Notes: a model not told the origin generated them from the letters alone. 64,000 nt of DNA from Candidatus Levyibacteriota bacterium (GCA_016214555.1 JACROF010000016.1:633-64632), one strand, 5' to 3'; shown: positions 46,456 through 56,696, counted from the stretch's first letter. Made by a program: numbers and translations.

Positions 46456-47853
46456 CTAGTAGAGGTTGTAACCCCTCCTTCCATTGGTAATGGCGGCCAT
46501 AGCTATCCAGATAAAGCAACTGAGGATAAAGGCTGTGATCAAGATCCCAATCTTCTGTCCTTTTGTTGGCTCAACGTCAAGATAGTCAAAGCCACCTCCA
46601 TCGCCGCTTCCTCCATGCATAGAAACGCGTTTGAACGCAGTACCAGGGTCATCAAGACCCCAGAGTAAGCGTTCAAGCTCTCCATTGCCATGGATACTGC
46701 GAACATCGAGTTTGGTAGTGCCATCCTTTTTCGTTTTCTGGTAGAACTCGCTTTGCACCTGTCCGATAATGGTATCAGGCGTAAGTTGAGCTCCAGGAAA
46801 GCGATCTTTGATGGCTGTGAGGAGTGTCTCATTGCCAAGCGGCATGCCAGTTGTGGCACGAGCCCACGAGACGGTTTGGCCGTCAAGTGTCCCGATGACT
46901 ACAATGACGCTGTTTTTACTGATTGCGTCATCACCCCATATTTTGGGGTCTTGCCAGTATGCCTTGATAGCAAAAAGGTATCTGTCGGGATTTCCACTGA
47001 TCGTATCGTTTTGAACGATGACGAGGTGGACATCTCCTTGGAGCTCTCCTCCAAATCCGGCATTGAGGTAGTTAAGTGACCTCTGCCAGCCTTGGGGATC
47101 TGCAGGAGCAAATCCGACGAATGATACTTTGTCTGCAAAGTAGGTGTTCGTGATGTTGTGGACGATTTTTGGCAGCAAATTTTGCGATTTGTACTCATCA
47201 ATTGAGTCGCTGTACTGCCGCAAGATCGTCTGTTCGCTTGCTAGGATATAGTTGTCATACTGCATCCTTGCTGTCACTGGACCTGGGTGGCCACTATTTA
47301 TCCGATCTCTGGCATCAAGCCAAAGCTGCGGAGTTTTGTAGTCACTTTCACCAAATCCCCATGGAAGCCCAGACGTTTTTTTGTGGGCTTTGTAGTTTTC
47401 TGGAGCGAGAGGTCCAAATGAATAGGTCTTGATCGTAGTTTCGATATAGAGCCTGCGCTCAAAGTCGAAATACGGGCATTCATCGCAACGTTTTTCTTGG
47501 TGAGATGCAGTACACATCCCGTTTTTGTCGTAAGCGTCACAAACCGTGACCCAGTAGCAGTTGCATTCATAGGTGAAACGGCATGAGCCATTTGTATGGC
47601 ATGTGGTTGGTACTTCTGAAGTAGCAACCTCCCAGCCGTTCCAGTACTCATTGAATGAAAGCTTCTCAGCCTTGGCTAGGTTCCATCCCGCAAGTCCGGT
47701 CAGAGGGGCAATGACGATCACAATGATCGCTGATCCGAGGATTAGTTCGTTTACCGTGATCTGTGATTCGCCTCTTGTCCAGTTGAGGATTGCCTTCAGA
47801 AGGCATCCTGCCAAAATTGCAAGAAAAGCTGCAAGAAATACGATTGGCCACAT
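46456..47853 (-). CDS. large membrane protein with N- and C-terminal TM helices and a Cys-rich extracytoplasmic domain, GC-rich; start set at ATG 47853 (SD AAAGGAG), the track ORF uses an upstream TTG
   Basis: ORF; a 5'-UTR hairpin GTAGGGCA...TGCCCTAC lies at 47872-47909. Confidence 0.55.
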   Translation of the reverse strand: MWPIVFLAAFLAILAGCLLKAILNWTRGESQITVNELILGSAIIVIVIAPLTGLAGWNLAKAEKLSFNEYWNGWEVATSEVPTTCHTNGSCRFTYECNCYWVTVCDAYDKNGMCTASHQEKRCDECPYFDFERRLYIETTIKTYSFGPLAPENYKAHKKTSGLPWGFGESDYKTPQLWLDARDRINSGHPGPVTARMQYDNYILASEQTILRQYSDSIDEYKSQNLLPKIVHNITNTYFADKVSFVGFAPADPQGWQRSLNYLNAGFGGELQGDVHLVIVQNDTISGNPDRYLFAIKAYWQDPKIWGDDAISKNSVIVVIGTLDGQTVSWARATTGMPLGNETLLTAIKDRFPGAQLTPDTIIGQVQSEFYQKTKKDGTTKLDVRSIHGNGELERLLWGLDDPGTAFKRVSMHGGSGDGGGFDYLDVEPTKGQKIGILITAFILSCFIWIAMAAITNGRRGYNLY

Positions 47854-48091
47854 GGGAAACTCCTTTGCATTGTAGGGCAAAAGTCTGCCGTTCAAGTCGC
47901 ATGCCCTACGGCCTCAACGACAGACTTTTGCAAATAGAGATTCACTGTTAATGTGCAAAAAAATTGGCGAGAGCAATTTCCAAAAGATATTACTATCGCA
48001 TGCGGTATTGTAGCAGAGGAGAGGGTAAAATGTCAATGCTATAGGACATACTATACATAATGAGATTTAGAAGTGGTAGGAATATGCATGT

Positions 48092-48119
48092 CTCCCACTA
48101 CTACAAAGAGTAGTGGGAG
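48092..48119 (-). terminator. 11-bp perfect hairpin (CTCCCACTACT-acaaag-AGTAGTGGGAG) after the 48136..48594 gene
   Basis: seen in sequence; no U-run. Confidence 0.5.
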
Positions 48120-48135
48120 AGATAGTTAGCTTTAG

Positions 48136-48594
48136 CTAAAAAATAAGAAAAGAGATGAGCACATTGATAACGCTCAGGAACAGGAAGATAGTGAGAGCGT
48201 TTGAGTATTCTACTATCTTGTCAGATGTACCGCGGAGATACTTCAAGGCCATAGGCTTGGATGCTTCAAGCTCGATATTACATTCAGTATCTCCCTTGAA
48301 AAGCCAATTACCTGATGAAAGCTCATCATCAAGGTGGTAATACGTAATAGGGACTATTGGGTGTGGGGAGGCAAGTCCTTTTAACTCAGTTACCCCATTA
48401 GTAAAAGAAAATTCATATTTACTCCATGCTGTAATGTGTACTGGAATGTTAATGATAAAGCCTTTTTTTAAATGCATGTGAGGCTCAATCATGGTGCCGT
48501 ATTGATCGTTTATGACAATGTGTTTAATGTAGAGATATGTCACAAAGAGGATAGCGATTTCAAGAATGCAAAAGACAATCCAGTTCGTGGCCAT
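48136..48594 (-). CDS. small membrane protein (N- and C-terminal TM), hypothetical
   Basis: ORF. Confidence 0.5.
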   Translation of the reverse strand: MATNWIVFCILEIAILFVTYLYIKHIVINDQYGTMIEPHMHLKKGFIINIPVHITAWSKYEFSFTNGVTELKGLASPHPIVPITYYHLDDELSSGNWLFKGDTECNIELEASKPMALKYLRGTSDKIVEYSNALTIFLFLSVINVLISFLIF

Positions 48595-48677
48595 TTTTCC
48601 TTCCTTTTCTTTTTTAAAGTTCGCTTAGAAGTCTAAGCAATAGTGGGAATTATAACATAGGAGGGGAGAGGGGTACT

Positions 48678-48706
48678 AAAAAAACCGGCAGAAAGCCGGT
48701 TTTTTT
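48678..48706. terminator. bidirectional terminator AAAAAAACCGGC-agaaa-GCCGGTTTTTTT
   Basis: 5-bp GC stem flanked by an A-run and a T-run. Confidence 0.7.
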
Positions 48707-48716
48707 AGTTTGTGTT

Positions 48717-48783
48717 GCGGGGCCGGGGTTTCGAACCTGGACTGTTAGATTATGAGCCTAACGTGCACCTTACACTACCCCGC
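48717..48783 (-). tRNA. tRNA-like gene with CAU anticodon (Met or Ile2) and an atypically short D-arm; possibly degenerate
   Basis: reverse complement GCGGGGTAGTGTAAGGTGCACGTTAGGCTCATAATCTAACAGTCCAGGTTCGAAACCCCGGCCCCGCA; good acceptor, anticodon and T arms; only ~68 nt. Confidence 0.45.
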
Positions 48784-48876
48784 GCGTTATAAATTTCGTG
48801 GGAAATTTGGTCTGACCATTATAACAATTGATTTGATCGAGGTCAAACTGGTATACTTGTGAAGCTAAAAGAGTGG

Positions 48877-48950
48877 GGCAGGATGGCTCAGTCGGTTAGA
48901 GCACGGCATTCATAACGCCGAGGTCGTGGGTTCGATCCCCACTCCTGCTA
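48877..48950 (+). tRNA. tRNA-Met(CAT)
   Basis: GGCAGGATGGCTCAGTCGGTTAGAGCACGGCATTCATAACGCCGAGGTCGTGGGTTCGATCCCCACTCCTGCTA. Confidence 0.75.
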
Positions 48951-49315
48951 CTTATAGTTATGAGCTTCAATGAAGCTGGGGAAGAGGGGATAGGCTGGTC
49001 TATCAATCTAAATTGATTTTTAAAAACATAAATCTTCACAAAATAATACTCCAAAAATAATTAAAACTTTTTTAAAAAGTCCTTTCTTATCGAGGCAAAA
49101 AAAGATAAAAGAAGGGGATTAGTCTCAAAAAATAGTCAGAAGGATGTCAGGGAAGAGGAGAGGCCTATAACGAAAAAAATACGAATGATACACTATGATA
49201 TAGTTATTTCACGGATTTTGTAAGATTTTTCACGGGAACAGCAATAACACTATAAGACTGCTAAGTGTGGATAACTAGCTGTTGACGATAGATAAAATTG
49301 TATATATCATAGAGT

Positions 49316-50455
49316 ATGGACGCCAAAAATTTTCCTCAGGCTCTTACATTTGATGACGTTCTTCTCCTCCCAGGATTTAGTGAATTTTCAAGGAATGAGA
49401 TTTCGCTTTCAACTTCACTCACCCGGTCAATTGTTCTTGACTCCCCTTTTGTCTCCTCCCCTATGGATACCGTTACTGAGTCCCGTTTAGCCATAGCTTT
49501 GGGGCGTCTTGGAGGAATAGGTATTATTCATCGAAATCTTACCATTGAAGATCAGGCCGAGGAGACAGCCAAAGTAAAGAGACAGAAGCTTTTCGTGGGC
49601 GCAGCAGTGGGAGTTGGAAAAGGGTTTGAGCTTCGCGTTGAAGCTTTGGTCAAAGCTGGTGTTGATGTAGTCGTTATTGACTCTGCTCATGGCTTTGCAG
49701 CACCTGTTATAGCTGCTTTGAAATATATCAAATCTCGCTTCCCTTCCCTTGAGGTTATTGCGGGAAGTATTGCAACATTTGATGGGGCCAAAGCTCTTAT
49801 TAAGGCAGGAGCAGATGGACTAAGGGTTGGCATGGGACCTGGGGCAATCTGTACGACTCGAGTGATTTCAGGGATGGGTGTTCCACAAGTTACAGCACTT
49901 CTGGAGACTGTACGAGCGGCAAAGCCACACAATATTCCCGTTATTGCTGATGGAGGCATTAAATACTCAGGAGATATGGTTAAGGCTTTAGCATCTGGTG
50001 CGAGTACTGTTATGATGGGGAGTTTTTTTGCATCAACCCTTGAGTCTCCTGGCAAAGTTCACACACTCACCCGCTCTTCTGTCCCCCATCGTTTTCAAAG
50101 TATTTTAACTGCCAAAAAAACGTATAAATTCAAAGAATATCGTGGGATGGGATCAATCGCTGCAATGAAAAAAGGTGCCAAGATCAAGTCAGAAGACGAA
50201 TTTCATGGTAAAAGCTATTATAAAGACAGGGTACTTGTGGCAGAGGGCGTTGAGGGGTTGGTGCCTGTTAAAGGAACTGTGGAGAATCTTGTCGAACAAT
50301 CCATTGGTGGGATTAGATCTGGAATGTATTATGTTGGAGCAAAAACAATCCCAGAACTTTGGGAAAAAGCGCAGTTTATCCAAATAACACAAGCATCATT
50401 GACAGAGTCTCATCCTCATGACATCCTCATCACAAATGCTGGGGAGAATTATTAG
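49316..50455 (+). CDS. guaB: IMP dehydrogenase family protein lacking the CBS subdomain
   Basis: N-terminal [11 protein letters not shown]; catalytic loop [11 protein letters not shown]. Confidence 0.8.
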   Translation: MDAKNFPQALTFDDVLLLPGFSEFSRNEISLSTSLTRSIVLDSPFVSSPMDTVTESRLAIALGRLGGIGIIHRNLTIEDQAEETAKVKRQKLFVGAAVGVGKGFELRVEALVKAGVDVVVIDSAHGFAAPVIAALKYIKSRFPSLEVIAGSIATFDGAKALIKAGADGLRVGMGPGAICTTRVISGMGVPQVTALLETVRAAKPHNIPVIADGGIKYSGDMVKALASGASTVMMGSFFASTLESPGKVHTLTRSSVPHRFQSILTAKKTYKFKEYRGMGSIAAMKKGAKIKSEDEFHGKSYYKDRVLVAEGVEGLVPVKGTVENLVEQSIGGIRSGMYYVGAKTIPELWEKAQFIQITQASLTESHPHDILITNAGENY

Positions 50456-51198
50456 CTTAGGATAAATTTTTCAATAACATCTGCAACGCCGTCCTCGTCA
50501 ACGCTTGGAGCAATGTAATCGGCAATTTCCTTGAGGTCATCAACTGCGTTTCCCATCGCAACTTTAAAACCACAAGCCATCAGGAGCGGAAAATCATTAT
50601 AGCCATCCCCTACTCCAATAATCTCCTCAGTTGAGATTCCAAGTGCTCTTGCCGCCTCAAGTATGCCGTGTTGCTTGGTTGCTTCACTGTGAGAGACAAG
50701 TACGCCTGTTAGGCCATTGTGCCAAGAGACATATTTGTTAACATGGAGTGTTGGAATCTTGTTTAATTCTTCATAAGCATTATGGGCACGGTCTAATTCG
50801 ACACCATCGGTAAAAATATTGACTGGTTTATTCATGTGGTATGAGTCTGTGTAAAAAATATCCTTATTTTCATCATGAATAGAAAAAGGGATTCTGTATT
50901 CCTGTAAAATACGAATAGCTTCAAAAAGTTCATTTTCAGGAATTAATTTTTCATAGAGAATTGCTCTCGTATTAAGATCTATGACCATGGCCCCGTCATT
51001 GATGATACTTGGGCCTGAGAGGTCTAAATGTTTGACAATGTCCTCAATCAAAAAAAGAGGTCTGCCTGTTGCGATACCGATATGGATGAGATCTTTAGCC
51101 TTTAAAATAGCCTTTCTAACTTTTTTACTGGGAAGGGTTTTTTCCTTACTTTTCGCGAGCGTTCCATCAACATCAACAATAAGCGCTTTATATCTCAT
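50452..51198 (-). CDS. HAD-superfamily (Cof-type, IIB) phosphatase
   Basis: LIVDVDGTL motif I; GDGYND motif. Confidence 0.8.
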   Translation of the reverse strand: MRYKALIVDVDGTLAKSKEKTLPSKKVRKAILKAKDLIHIGIATGRPLFLIEDIVKHLDLSGPSIINDGAMVIDLNTRAILYEKLIPENELFEAIRILQEYRIPFSIHDENKDIFYTDSYHMNKPVNIFTDGVELDRAHNAYEELNKIPTLHVNKYVSWHNGLTGVLVSHSEATKQHGILEAARALGISTEEIIGVGDGYNDFPLLMACGFKVAMGNAVDDLKEIADYIAPSVDEDGVADVIEKFILS

Positions 51199-51280
51199 GA
51201 AGTTTTGCTATTGTACAGGGTTTATTGTGCCCAGACAAGCATCAGTGAAAGATGTAAAACGTGCTACAATGTGAGCGATT

Positions 51281-53059
51281 ATGGATCAGGTAGCGCAGAT
51301 TCGAGAAAAAATAGACATCGTGTCTTTTTTGGCAGAATATATGACGGTGTCCAAAGCAGGACGTAATTTTCGTGCTCTTTGCCCTTTTCACAATGAAAAA
51401 TCACCGTCATTTATGATTTCTCCTGAAAGACAAGTTTGGCATTGTTTTGGGTGTGGGAAAGGCGGAGATATCTATACTTTTCTGATGGACTATGAACATA
51501 TCGAGTTTCCTGAAGCACTTCGAGTGTTGGCAAAGAGAGCTGGAGTAGAGCTTATTGAGTCAAAAGCTCAAGCGGGTATGTCATCCAAAAAAGAGCGCCT
51601 TTATTCCCTTAATGCTCTTGCGGCTGAGTATTATCATTATATTTTAACCAAACACAAGGTGGGGGGAAAAGCAAGGGAGTATCTTTTGGAAAGAGGGCTT
51701 TCTGAAAAGATTATTAACACATTTCAGCTTGGGTTTGCTCCCAATACAAAAACCTCTCTCACTACTTATCTTATAAGAAAGAAAAAATATACCATTGAGG
51801 ATCTTGCAGAGGCAGGGCTCATTTTTCAAAGAGGAAGAGACGCTATCGATTTTTTCAGAGGAAGACTCATGTTTCCCCTTGTTGATCATCGCGATAATGT
51901 CGTTGGCTTTTCAGGAAGAGTGCTTGATAAAGACGTAAAAACGTCAAAATATATCAATACCCGCGAGACACTTATTTACCATAAGGGAGAGGGGTTTTAT
52001 GGTCTCAATATCACCAAAGATGCTATTCGAAAAGCAGGCCAAGCGATACTGATGGAGGGTGAATTTGACGTAATTTCCTCTTTTCAGGAAGGAGTCTCAA
52101 ATGTTATTGCAGTAAAAGGCACGGCTTTGACTCCAGAGCAGGTTAACTTGATTGGTAGGTATGCTCAGAAGATTTCTTTCTGTTTTGACGGTGACAAAGC
52201 AGGTCAGGATGCTATTAAAAGAAGTCTTCCCCTTGTTGAAAAAAAGAATCTTAAGGCAACAATTATCCTCTTGCCCAATGGGAAAGATCCAGATGACGCG
52301 ATTAAGCAGAACCCTACAGGCTATAAGTTGGCGGTAAAAAAAGATATAGGAGTCTATGACTACCTTTTTGATCAAGCGCTTTTATCTGGCGATATTGCCT
52401 CAGCAGAAGGGAAAAAGGCAGTCGCAGATGCCTTTTTGCCTGTTATTGCTTCCATGACCAACGAGATCATCAAGGAACATTATCTGAGAAAACTTAGTTT
52501 GTCTCTTGAGACGACCTATGAGAGTATCAGTAAAGAGCTTGAGAGGCAGCAAAAAGCAGTCCTCAAAGAAAAAGTGCCAACACCTCCCCCTCCAATACGA
52601 AAGCAGTCAAGAGAAGAGATGCTTGAGGATTATTTAATCTCACTTATTATGCAGTTTCAGGCTCCAAATGCGGCTCTTGAAAAAATTTTTTCAATACTCT
52701 CCCCCACCAACGAGTCAGAAAAAGCATACCAAAAAATTCTCATTCATATGGTAGAGTATTTTAAAAAACACGAAGCATTTGATCAAAAACTATTTAGCGG
52801 CAGTCTTCCTCCAGAGCTTGTTTTTAGCTATAACAAAAGTCTTTTATTTCCCCTCCCGCCCCTTTTGACAAGTGAGGCATATCTTCGTGAGATAGAAAAA
52901 GTTGCAAGACAGATTCGGGAATTGTATCTTCGGGAAAGATTAAAAATAGTAGGCGCAGACTTAGCAAAAAAAGAAAAAGAAGAGGACAATGAGGCGGTTG
53001 AAGCTTTGACCAAAGAATACGGTTTGTTAATGGGGCTTCTGAAAAAGGGCAATCAGTAG
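51281..53059 (+). CDS. dnaG: DNA primase DnaG
   Basis: CHC2 zinc finger CPFHNEKSPSF...WHCFGCGKGG; TOPRIM region. Confidence 0.9.
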   Translation: MDQVAQIREKIDIVSFLAEYMTVSKAGRNFRALCPFHNEKSPSFMISPERQVWHCFGCGKGGDIYTFLMDYEHIEFPEALRVLAKRAGVELIESKAQAGMSSKKERLYSLNALAAEYYHYILTKHKVGGKAREYLLERGLSEKIINTFQLGFAPNTKTSLTTYLIRKKKYTIEDLAEAGLIFQRGRDAIDFFRGRLMFPLVDHRDNVVGFSGRVLDKDVKTSKYINTRETLIYHKGEGFYGLNITKDAIRKAGQAILMEGEFDVISSFQEGVSNVIAVKGTALTPEQVNLIGRYAQKISFCFDGDKAGQDAIKRSLPLVEKKNLKATIILLPNGKDPDDAIKQNPTGYKLAVKKDIGVYDYLFDQALLSGDIASAEGKKAVADAFLPVIASMTNEIIKEHYLRKLSLSLETTYESISKELERQQKAVLKEKVPTPPPPIRKQSREEMLEDYLISLIMQFQAPNAALEKIFSILSPTNESEKAYQKILIHMVEYFKKHEAFDQKLFSGSLPPELVFSYNKSLLFPLPPLLTSEAYLREIEKVARQIRELYLRERLKIVGADLAKKEKEEDNEAVEALTKEYGLLMGLLKKGNQ

Positions 53060-53111
53060 CAATTTCACCTCATTTGTGGTACTATAGTCTCATGCATAAG
53101 CCCGAAAAAGT

Positions 53112-54221
53112 GTGGGCTTTTCTACGTTGGAAAATATGACTAAAGCAAAATCCACCAATATTTTAGACGACGTCGTCAACTCAGCCAAAAAGAGAGGATA
53201 TATTACCCAAGAAGAGATCTTGGGAATTTATTCAAAGCCTGAGGATCATATAGAAGAACTTGACTCCCTTTATGACAGACTAATAAAACTTGATATCGAT
53301 GTTTTTGAAAGCGTTTCTCAGGAGCAGGACGCGCAAAAGCCTATTGAGGACTTAGAAAAGGAGCTTGAAGCGCTAACTGTTTTGACTGAGGGGACTGTTT
53401 CAGATCCTGTCAGGATGTATCTTAAAGAGATTGGTCGAATTCCTCTTCTTACCTTCAATCAGGAAATTGAGCTTGCCAAAAAAGTAGAAAAAGGTGATGA
53501 TCAGGCAAAGCAAATGCTTATCAACTCCAATCTTCGATTGGTTGTATCTATTGCAAAAAAATATATCGGTCGAGGGCTTTCGCTATTGGATCTTATTCAA
53601 GAGGGCAATCAAGGACTTATTCGTGCCGTTGAAAAATACGATTGGCAGAGAGGCTTCAAATTTTCTACCTATGCGACCTGGTGGATTCGCCAGTCCGTAA
53701 CTCGTGCTATTGCAGATCAGGCACGAACCATTCGTATTCCAGTCCATATGGTTGAGAATATCAATAGGTTTTTACGTGCTTCCCGAAAGCTCATGCAGGA
53801 ATTGGGTCGTGAGCCAACGCCTGAGGAAGTAGCAGCGGTACTGGGTATTGAGCCTGAAAAAGCACTTGAGATCATCAAAATCTCTCAAAACCCAGCCTCT
53901 CTTGAGGCACCAGTTGGAGATGAGGAAGATAGTCGTCTTGGAGACTTTATTCATGATACTTCAGCCCCAACTCTTTTTGACTCAGCTTCTCGTGAACTCT
54001 TAAAAGAGCAGGTAGATCAAGTTTTGGGAACATTGTCAGACAGAGAGAGAAGAGTACTTGAGGAAAGATTTGGCCTTAAGGATGGACGTCCCAAGACCCT
54101 TGAGGAAGTGGGGCGGATGTTTGCTGTTACTCGTGAACGTATTCGACAAATTGAAGCCAAAGCTCTTCGCAAACTCCGCCATCCTTCCCGTGGTAATAAA
54201 CTCAAAGATTATCTTGGATAA
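53112..54221 (+). CDS. rpoD: RNA polymerase sigma factor RpoD (sigma-70)
   Basis: region 2 [27 protein letters not shown]...TYATWWIRQ; region 4 at C-terminus. Confidence 0.9.
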   Translation: MGFSTLENMTKAKSTNILDDVVNSAKKRGYITQEEILGIYSKPEDHIEELDSLYDRLIKLDIDVFESVSQEQDAQKPIEDLEKELEALTVLTEGTVSDPVRMYLKEIGRIPLLTFNQEIELAKKVEKGDDQAKQMLINSNLRLVVSIAKKYIGRGLSLLDLIQEGNQGLIRAVEKYDWQRGFKFSTYATWWIRQSVTRAIADQARTIRIPVHMVENINRFLRASRKLMQELGREPTPEEVAAVLGIEPEKALEIIKISQNPASLEAPVGDEEDSRLGDFIHDTSAPTLFDSASRELLKEQVDQVLGTLSDRERRVLEERFGLKDGRPKTLEEVGRMFAVTRERIRQIEAKALRKLRHPSRGNKLKDYLG

Positions 54222-54225
54222 TCTT

Positions 54226-54447
54226 TTACTTCTTTCCACCACAAACTTTGCAATCACCCTTGTGAGTAACCAAAAGATAGACTGCTGATGCGCCAACGAG
54301 AACGTAAACAAACATTTCAAGAGCTGGCATTGATCCGAAAAGTGTTGTTACCAGATTAAAATTAAAGAGGCCAACAAGACCCCAGTTAACTCCTCCGATA
54401 ACTAGGAGTAGAAAAGCTACCATGTGGACAGTTTTCATAGTATTCAC
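54226..54447 (-). CDS. DUF378-family small membrane protein
   Basis: GGVNWGLVGLF motif. Confidence 0.6.
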   Translation of the reverse strand: MNTMKTVHMVAFLLLVIGGVNWGLVGLFNFNLVTTLFGSMPALEMFVYVLVGASAVYLLVTHKGDCKVCGGKK

Positions 54448-54500
54448 CTCCCTTCTCTTCTTAGTCTACAGGTAGGAGTGAATACATTGTCAAGGGGATG

Positions 54501-55115
54501 CTAGGCATGTTTTTTCTGCCAAACAAAAAGTGCGTAAGGAATAGTAGCAACAGCATTAACAATGGCTGAGAGGATAAAAAGAAGGCGAAAGCCATAGATT
54601 TCAGCGATAAATCCGCCAAGGGCTGCAGCAAGAGCAATTGCGATAAATGCCGTCGCATCAGCTAGTCCCCACTCAACTGTTGCTTTTTCTTTATCTAAGT
54701 GTTCTGCAAAAAGAGTGCCTTTGGCAGGTGATGAGATGCCAAAGCCTATGCCAGCGATCGCATAAAATACAAAAAGGTGAACGAGTGTTGAAGCCATGGC
54801 AAAACCTATATAGGCAACTGAGGTGAGTGCAATGCCTGAAATGGCATACATGAGTAATTTTCGATCTGATCCTTTAGAGACTATTCGTGAAATAACAAGC
54901 TCAACAATAACGCGAACAATGAGGTGAACACTGTAGGCCGAGGCTGCGATCTGGATTTGTCCCCCTGCAATATGTTGTGTGGCAAAAATGGCAAAGATCG
55001 GTGTCACAAAGTTCCAAGCAGCCCACAAAAAACTTTCGGAGATGATAAATGCTTTGACAATAGGGTTGATCTGAAAATGAGAAGGAGACTTACCAAGAAA
55101 AACTTCTTTAAGCAT
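54501..55115 (-). CDS. six-TM membrane protein resembling one half of an MFS transporter
   Basis: six hydrophobic helices; no partner half adjacent. Confidence 0.45.
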   Translation of the reverse strand: MLKEVFLGKSPSHFQINPIVKAFIISESFLWAAWNFVTPIFAIFATQHIAGGQIQIAASAYSVHLIVRVIVELVISRIVSKGSDRKLLMYAISGIALTSVAYIGFAMASTLVHLFVFYAIAGIGFGISSPAKGTLFAEHLDKEKATVEWGLADATAFIAIALAAALGGFIAEIYGFRLLFILSAIVNAVATIPYALFVWQKKHA

Positions 55116-55166
55116 AGTTCCAGTCTAGCACAGAGGGGAAAAAAGAGGAGGGGTTAACTCTTAAGA

Positions 55167-55526
55167 CTAGGCAGTTTCTTCTTCAGAAGAAGTTTCAATC
55201 TCGAATCCAGGATCTCCCCGGTGAAGGTATCGGACGGTTCCTTCTTGGTGATTATAAACTATAGTCATAAAATGCTCTCCTTTTGTACTTACAGAAGACT
55301 GTGGGGCTTCGTATAGCCCCTCGTAGGTATCGCTGGTGCCATGCTGATCGGGTCTGGGTTGGTCATCTATATTTACTCCACCAAAGAGCCATCGCTCTAA
55401 TTCTCTATTTGCTCTATAGGGATCAACGGTGGAATGAGTTGGGGCTACGTCTGCAGTTGGGTTGACATCGTCAGTTAAAACCTCTGACTGGAGTCTTTCT
55501 GCCATAGTCATTTTATAGCACGTCAT
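55167..55526 (-). CDS. hypothetical acidic protein (possibly starts at MAERLQ, 55505)
   Basis: ORF; slightly GC-rich; beside tRNA-Asn. Confidence 0.4.
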   Translation of the reverse strand: MTCYKMTMAERLQSEVLTDDVNPTADVAPTHSTVDPYRANRELERWLFGGVNIDDQPRPDQHGTSDTYEGLYEAPQSSVSTKGEHFMTIVYNHQEGTVRYLHRGDPGFEIETSSEEETA

Positions 55527-55611
55527 AACAAGGAAAACAAGAGCTTATCTCTTCGGACGTAGCTATAGATTTTTGTACGTACTGATGCTAGAATATGCAG
55601 ACAATTTATAT

Positions 55612-55683
55612 TCCCCTGTAGCTCAATGGTAGAGCGCTTCGCTGTTAACGAAGATGTTCGGGGTTCGAGTCCCTGCGGGGGAG
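55612..55683 (+). tRNA. tRNA-Asn(GTT)
   Basis: TCCCCTGTAGCTCAATGGTAGAGCGCTTCGCTGTTAACGAAGATGTTCGGGGTTCGAGTCCCTGCGGGGGAG. Confidence 0.75.
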
Positions 55684-55730
55684 CAAAATAAAGCTTTTGT
55701 CTAGCCATATTAATCTGCTATTATTACTGC

Positions 55731-56159
55731 ATGAGTACGCTAAATCCTTGGATCAACTTCAACGGCAATGCAGAGGAAGCATTTGAATTTTATAAATCTG
55801 TCTTTGGTGGAGAGTTTTCAAAAGTGGTGCGTTTTAAAGATATCGCAAGTGATGAATTCCCTGTAGCAGAAAAAGAAGAAAATAAAATAATGTATATTGC
55901 ATTACCTATTGGTAGCAATACAATGCTTATAGCCAATGATGTCCCTGAAATTTTGGGACGAGTAAATGAGAACGAAAACAGGAGTAAAATTTTAGTACAT
56001 ACAGAGAGCAAAGAAGAAGCAGACAGATTATTTCATGGCCTCTCAAATGGAGGAGAGGTAGAGGGACCTATGGGAGATAGTCCATGGGGTTCATATGCGG
56101 GAATGTTCCGAGATAAGTACGGTATTGAGTGGATTATTGAATGTTCTCTTGATAAATAA
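55731..56159 (+). CDS. VOC/PhnB-like family protein (3-demethylubiquinone-9 3-methyltransferase-like domain)
   Basis: INFNGNAEEAFEFYKSVFGGE N-terminal pattern. Confidence 0.6.
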   Translation: MSTLNPWINFNGNAEEAFEFYKSVFGGEFSKVVRFKDIASDEFPVAEKEENKIMYIALPIGSNTMLIANDVPEILGRVNENENRSKILVHTESKEEADRLFHGLSNGGEVEGPMGDSPWGSYAGMFRDKYGIEWIIECSLDK

Positions 56160-56160
56160 A

Positions 56161-56667
56161 ATGAGTAAATTAATTACATGCATTTGGTTTGCTAATAACG
56201 ACGGAGAAGAGGCAGCAAACTATTACATAGATACTTTCAATTCGGCTCCTGGCGATCACAGTGCGAGAATGGGAGATATCACAAAAAATCCTAAAGCAGT
56301 AGAGGAAGTTTCCGGAAGACCTGCAGGATCTGTTATGACAGCTGAATGCGAGCTTGATGGCATGAGCTTTATGTTTCTTAACGGTGGTCCTGTTGAGCAA
56401 TTCAAGCTTAATGGGGCAACGTCTTACATTATTGAATGTGAAACACAAGAAGAAATTGACTACTTCTGGGAGAAGCTCTCTGCTGTTCCTGAAGCAGAGC
56501 AGTGTGGGTGGTGTACGGACAAATTCGGTGTCACATGGCAGATAGCACCAAGAATTTTGGATGAATTGATGCGCGACCCTGAGAAAGCTGAAGCAGTAAC
56601 CGCCGTATTCATGTCAATGAAAAAGCTTGACCTTGAAGCAATCAGAAAAGCTGGCGAACAAAGCTAG
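56161..56667 (+). CDS. PhnB-like protein, paralog
   Basis: LITCIWFANNDGEEAANYY...CGWCTDKFGVTWQI. Confidence 0.6.
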   Translation: MSKLITCIWFANNDGEEAANYYIDTFNSAPGDHSARMGDITKNPKAVEEVSGRPAGSVMTAECELDGMSFMFLNGGPVEQFKLNGATSYIIECETQEEIDYFWEKLSAVPEAEQCGWCTDKFGVTWQIAPRILDELMRDPEKAEAVTAVFMSMKKLDLEAIRKAGEQS

Positions 56668-56696
56668 CAATATAACCTCACTGATATAATCGATTC

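Noticed and set aside
46539-47902. Numerous overlapping ORFs on both strands within 46456..47853
   Set aside because: GC-rich sequence produces long spurious frames; only the longest frame, which has TM helices and an SD, was retained.
44412-48716. Direct repeat of the tRNA-Ile 3' end (attR) to delimit the putative islet
   Set aside because: No copy of TTCGATCCCAAGCACACCC could be found by eye in 45279-45371, 47854-48135 or 48595-48716. The islet boundary and a phage-type integrase therefore remain unproven, and XerC/D is the alternative.
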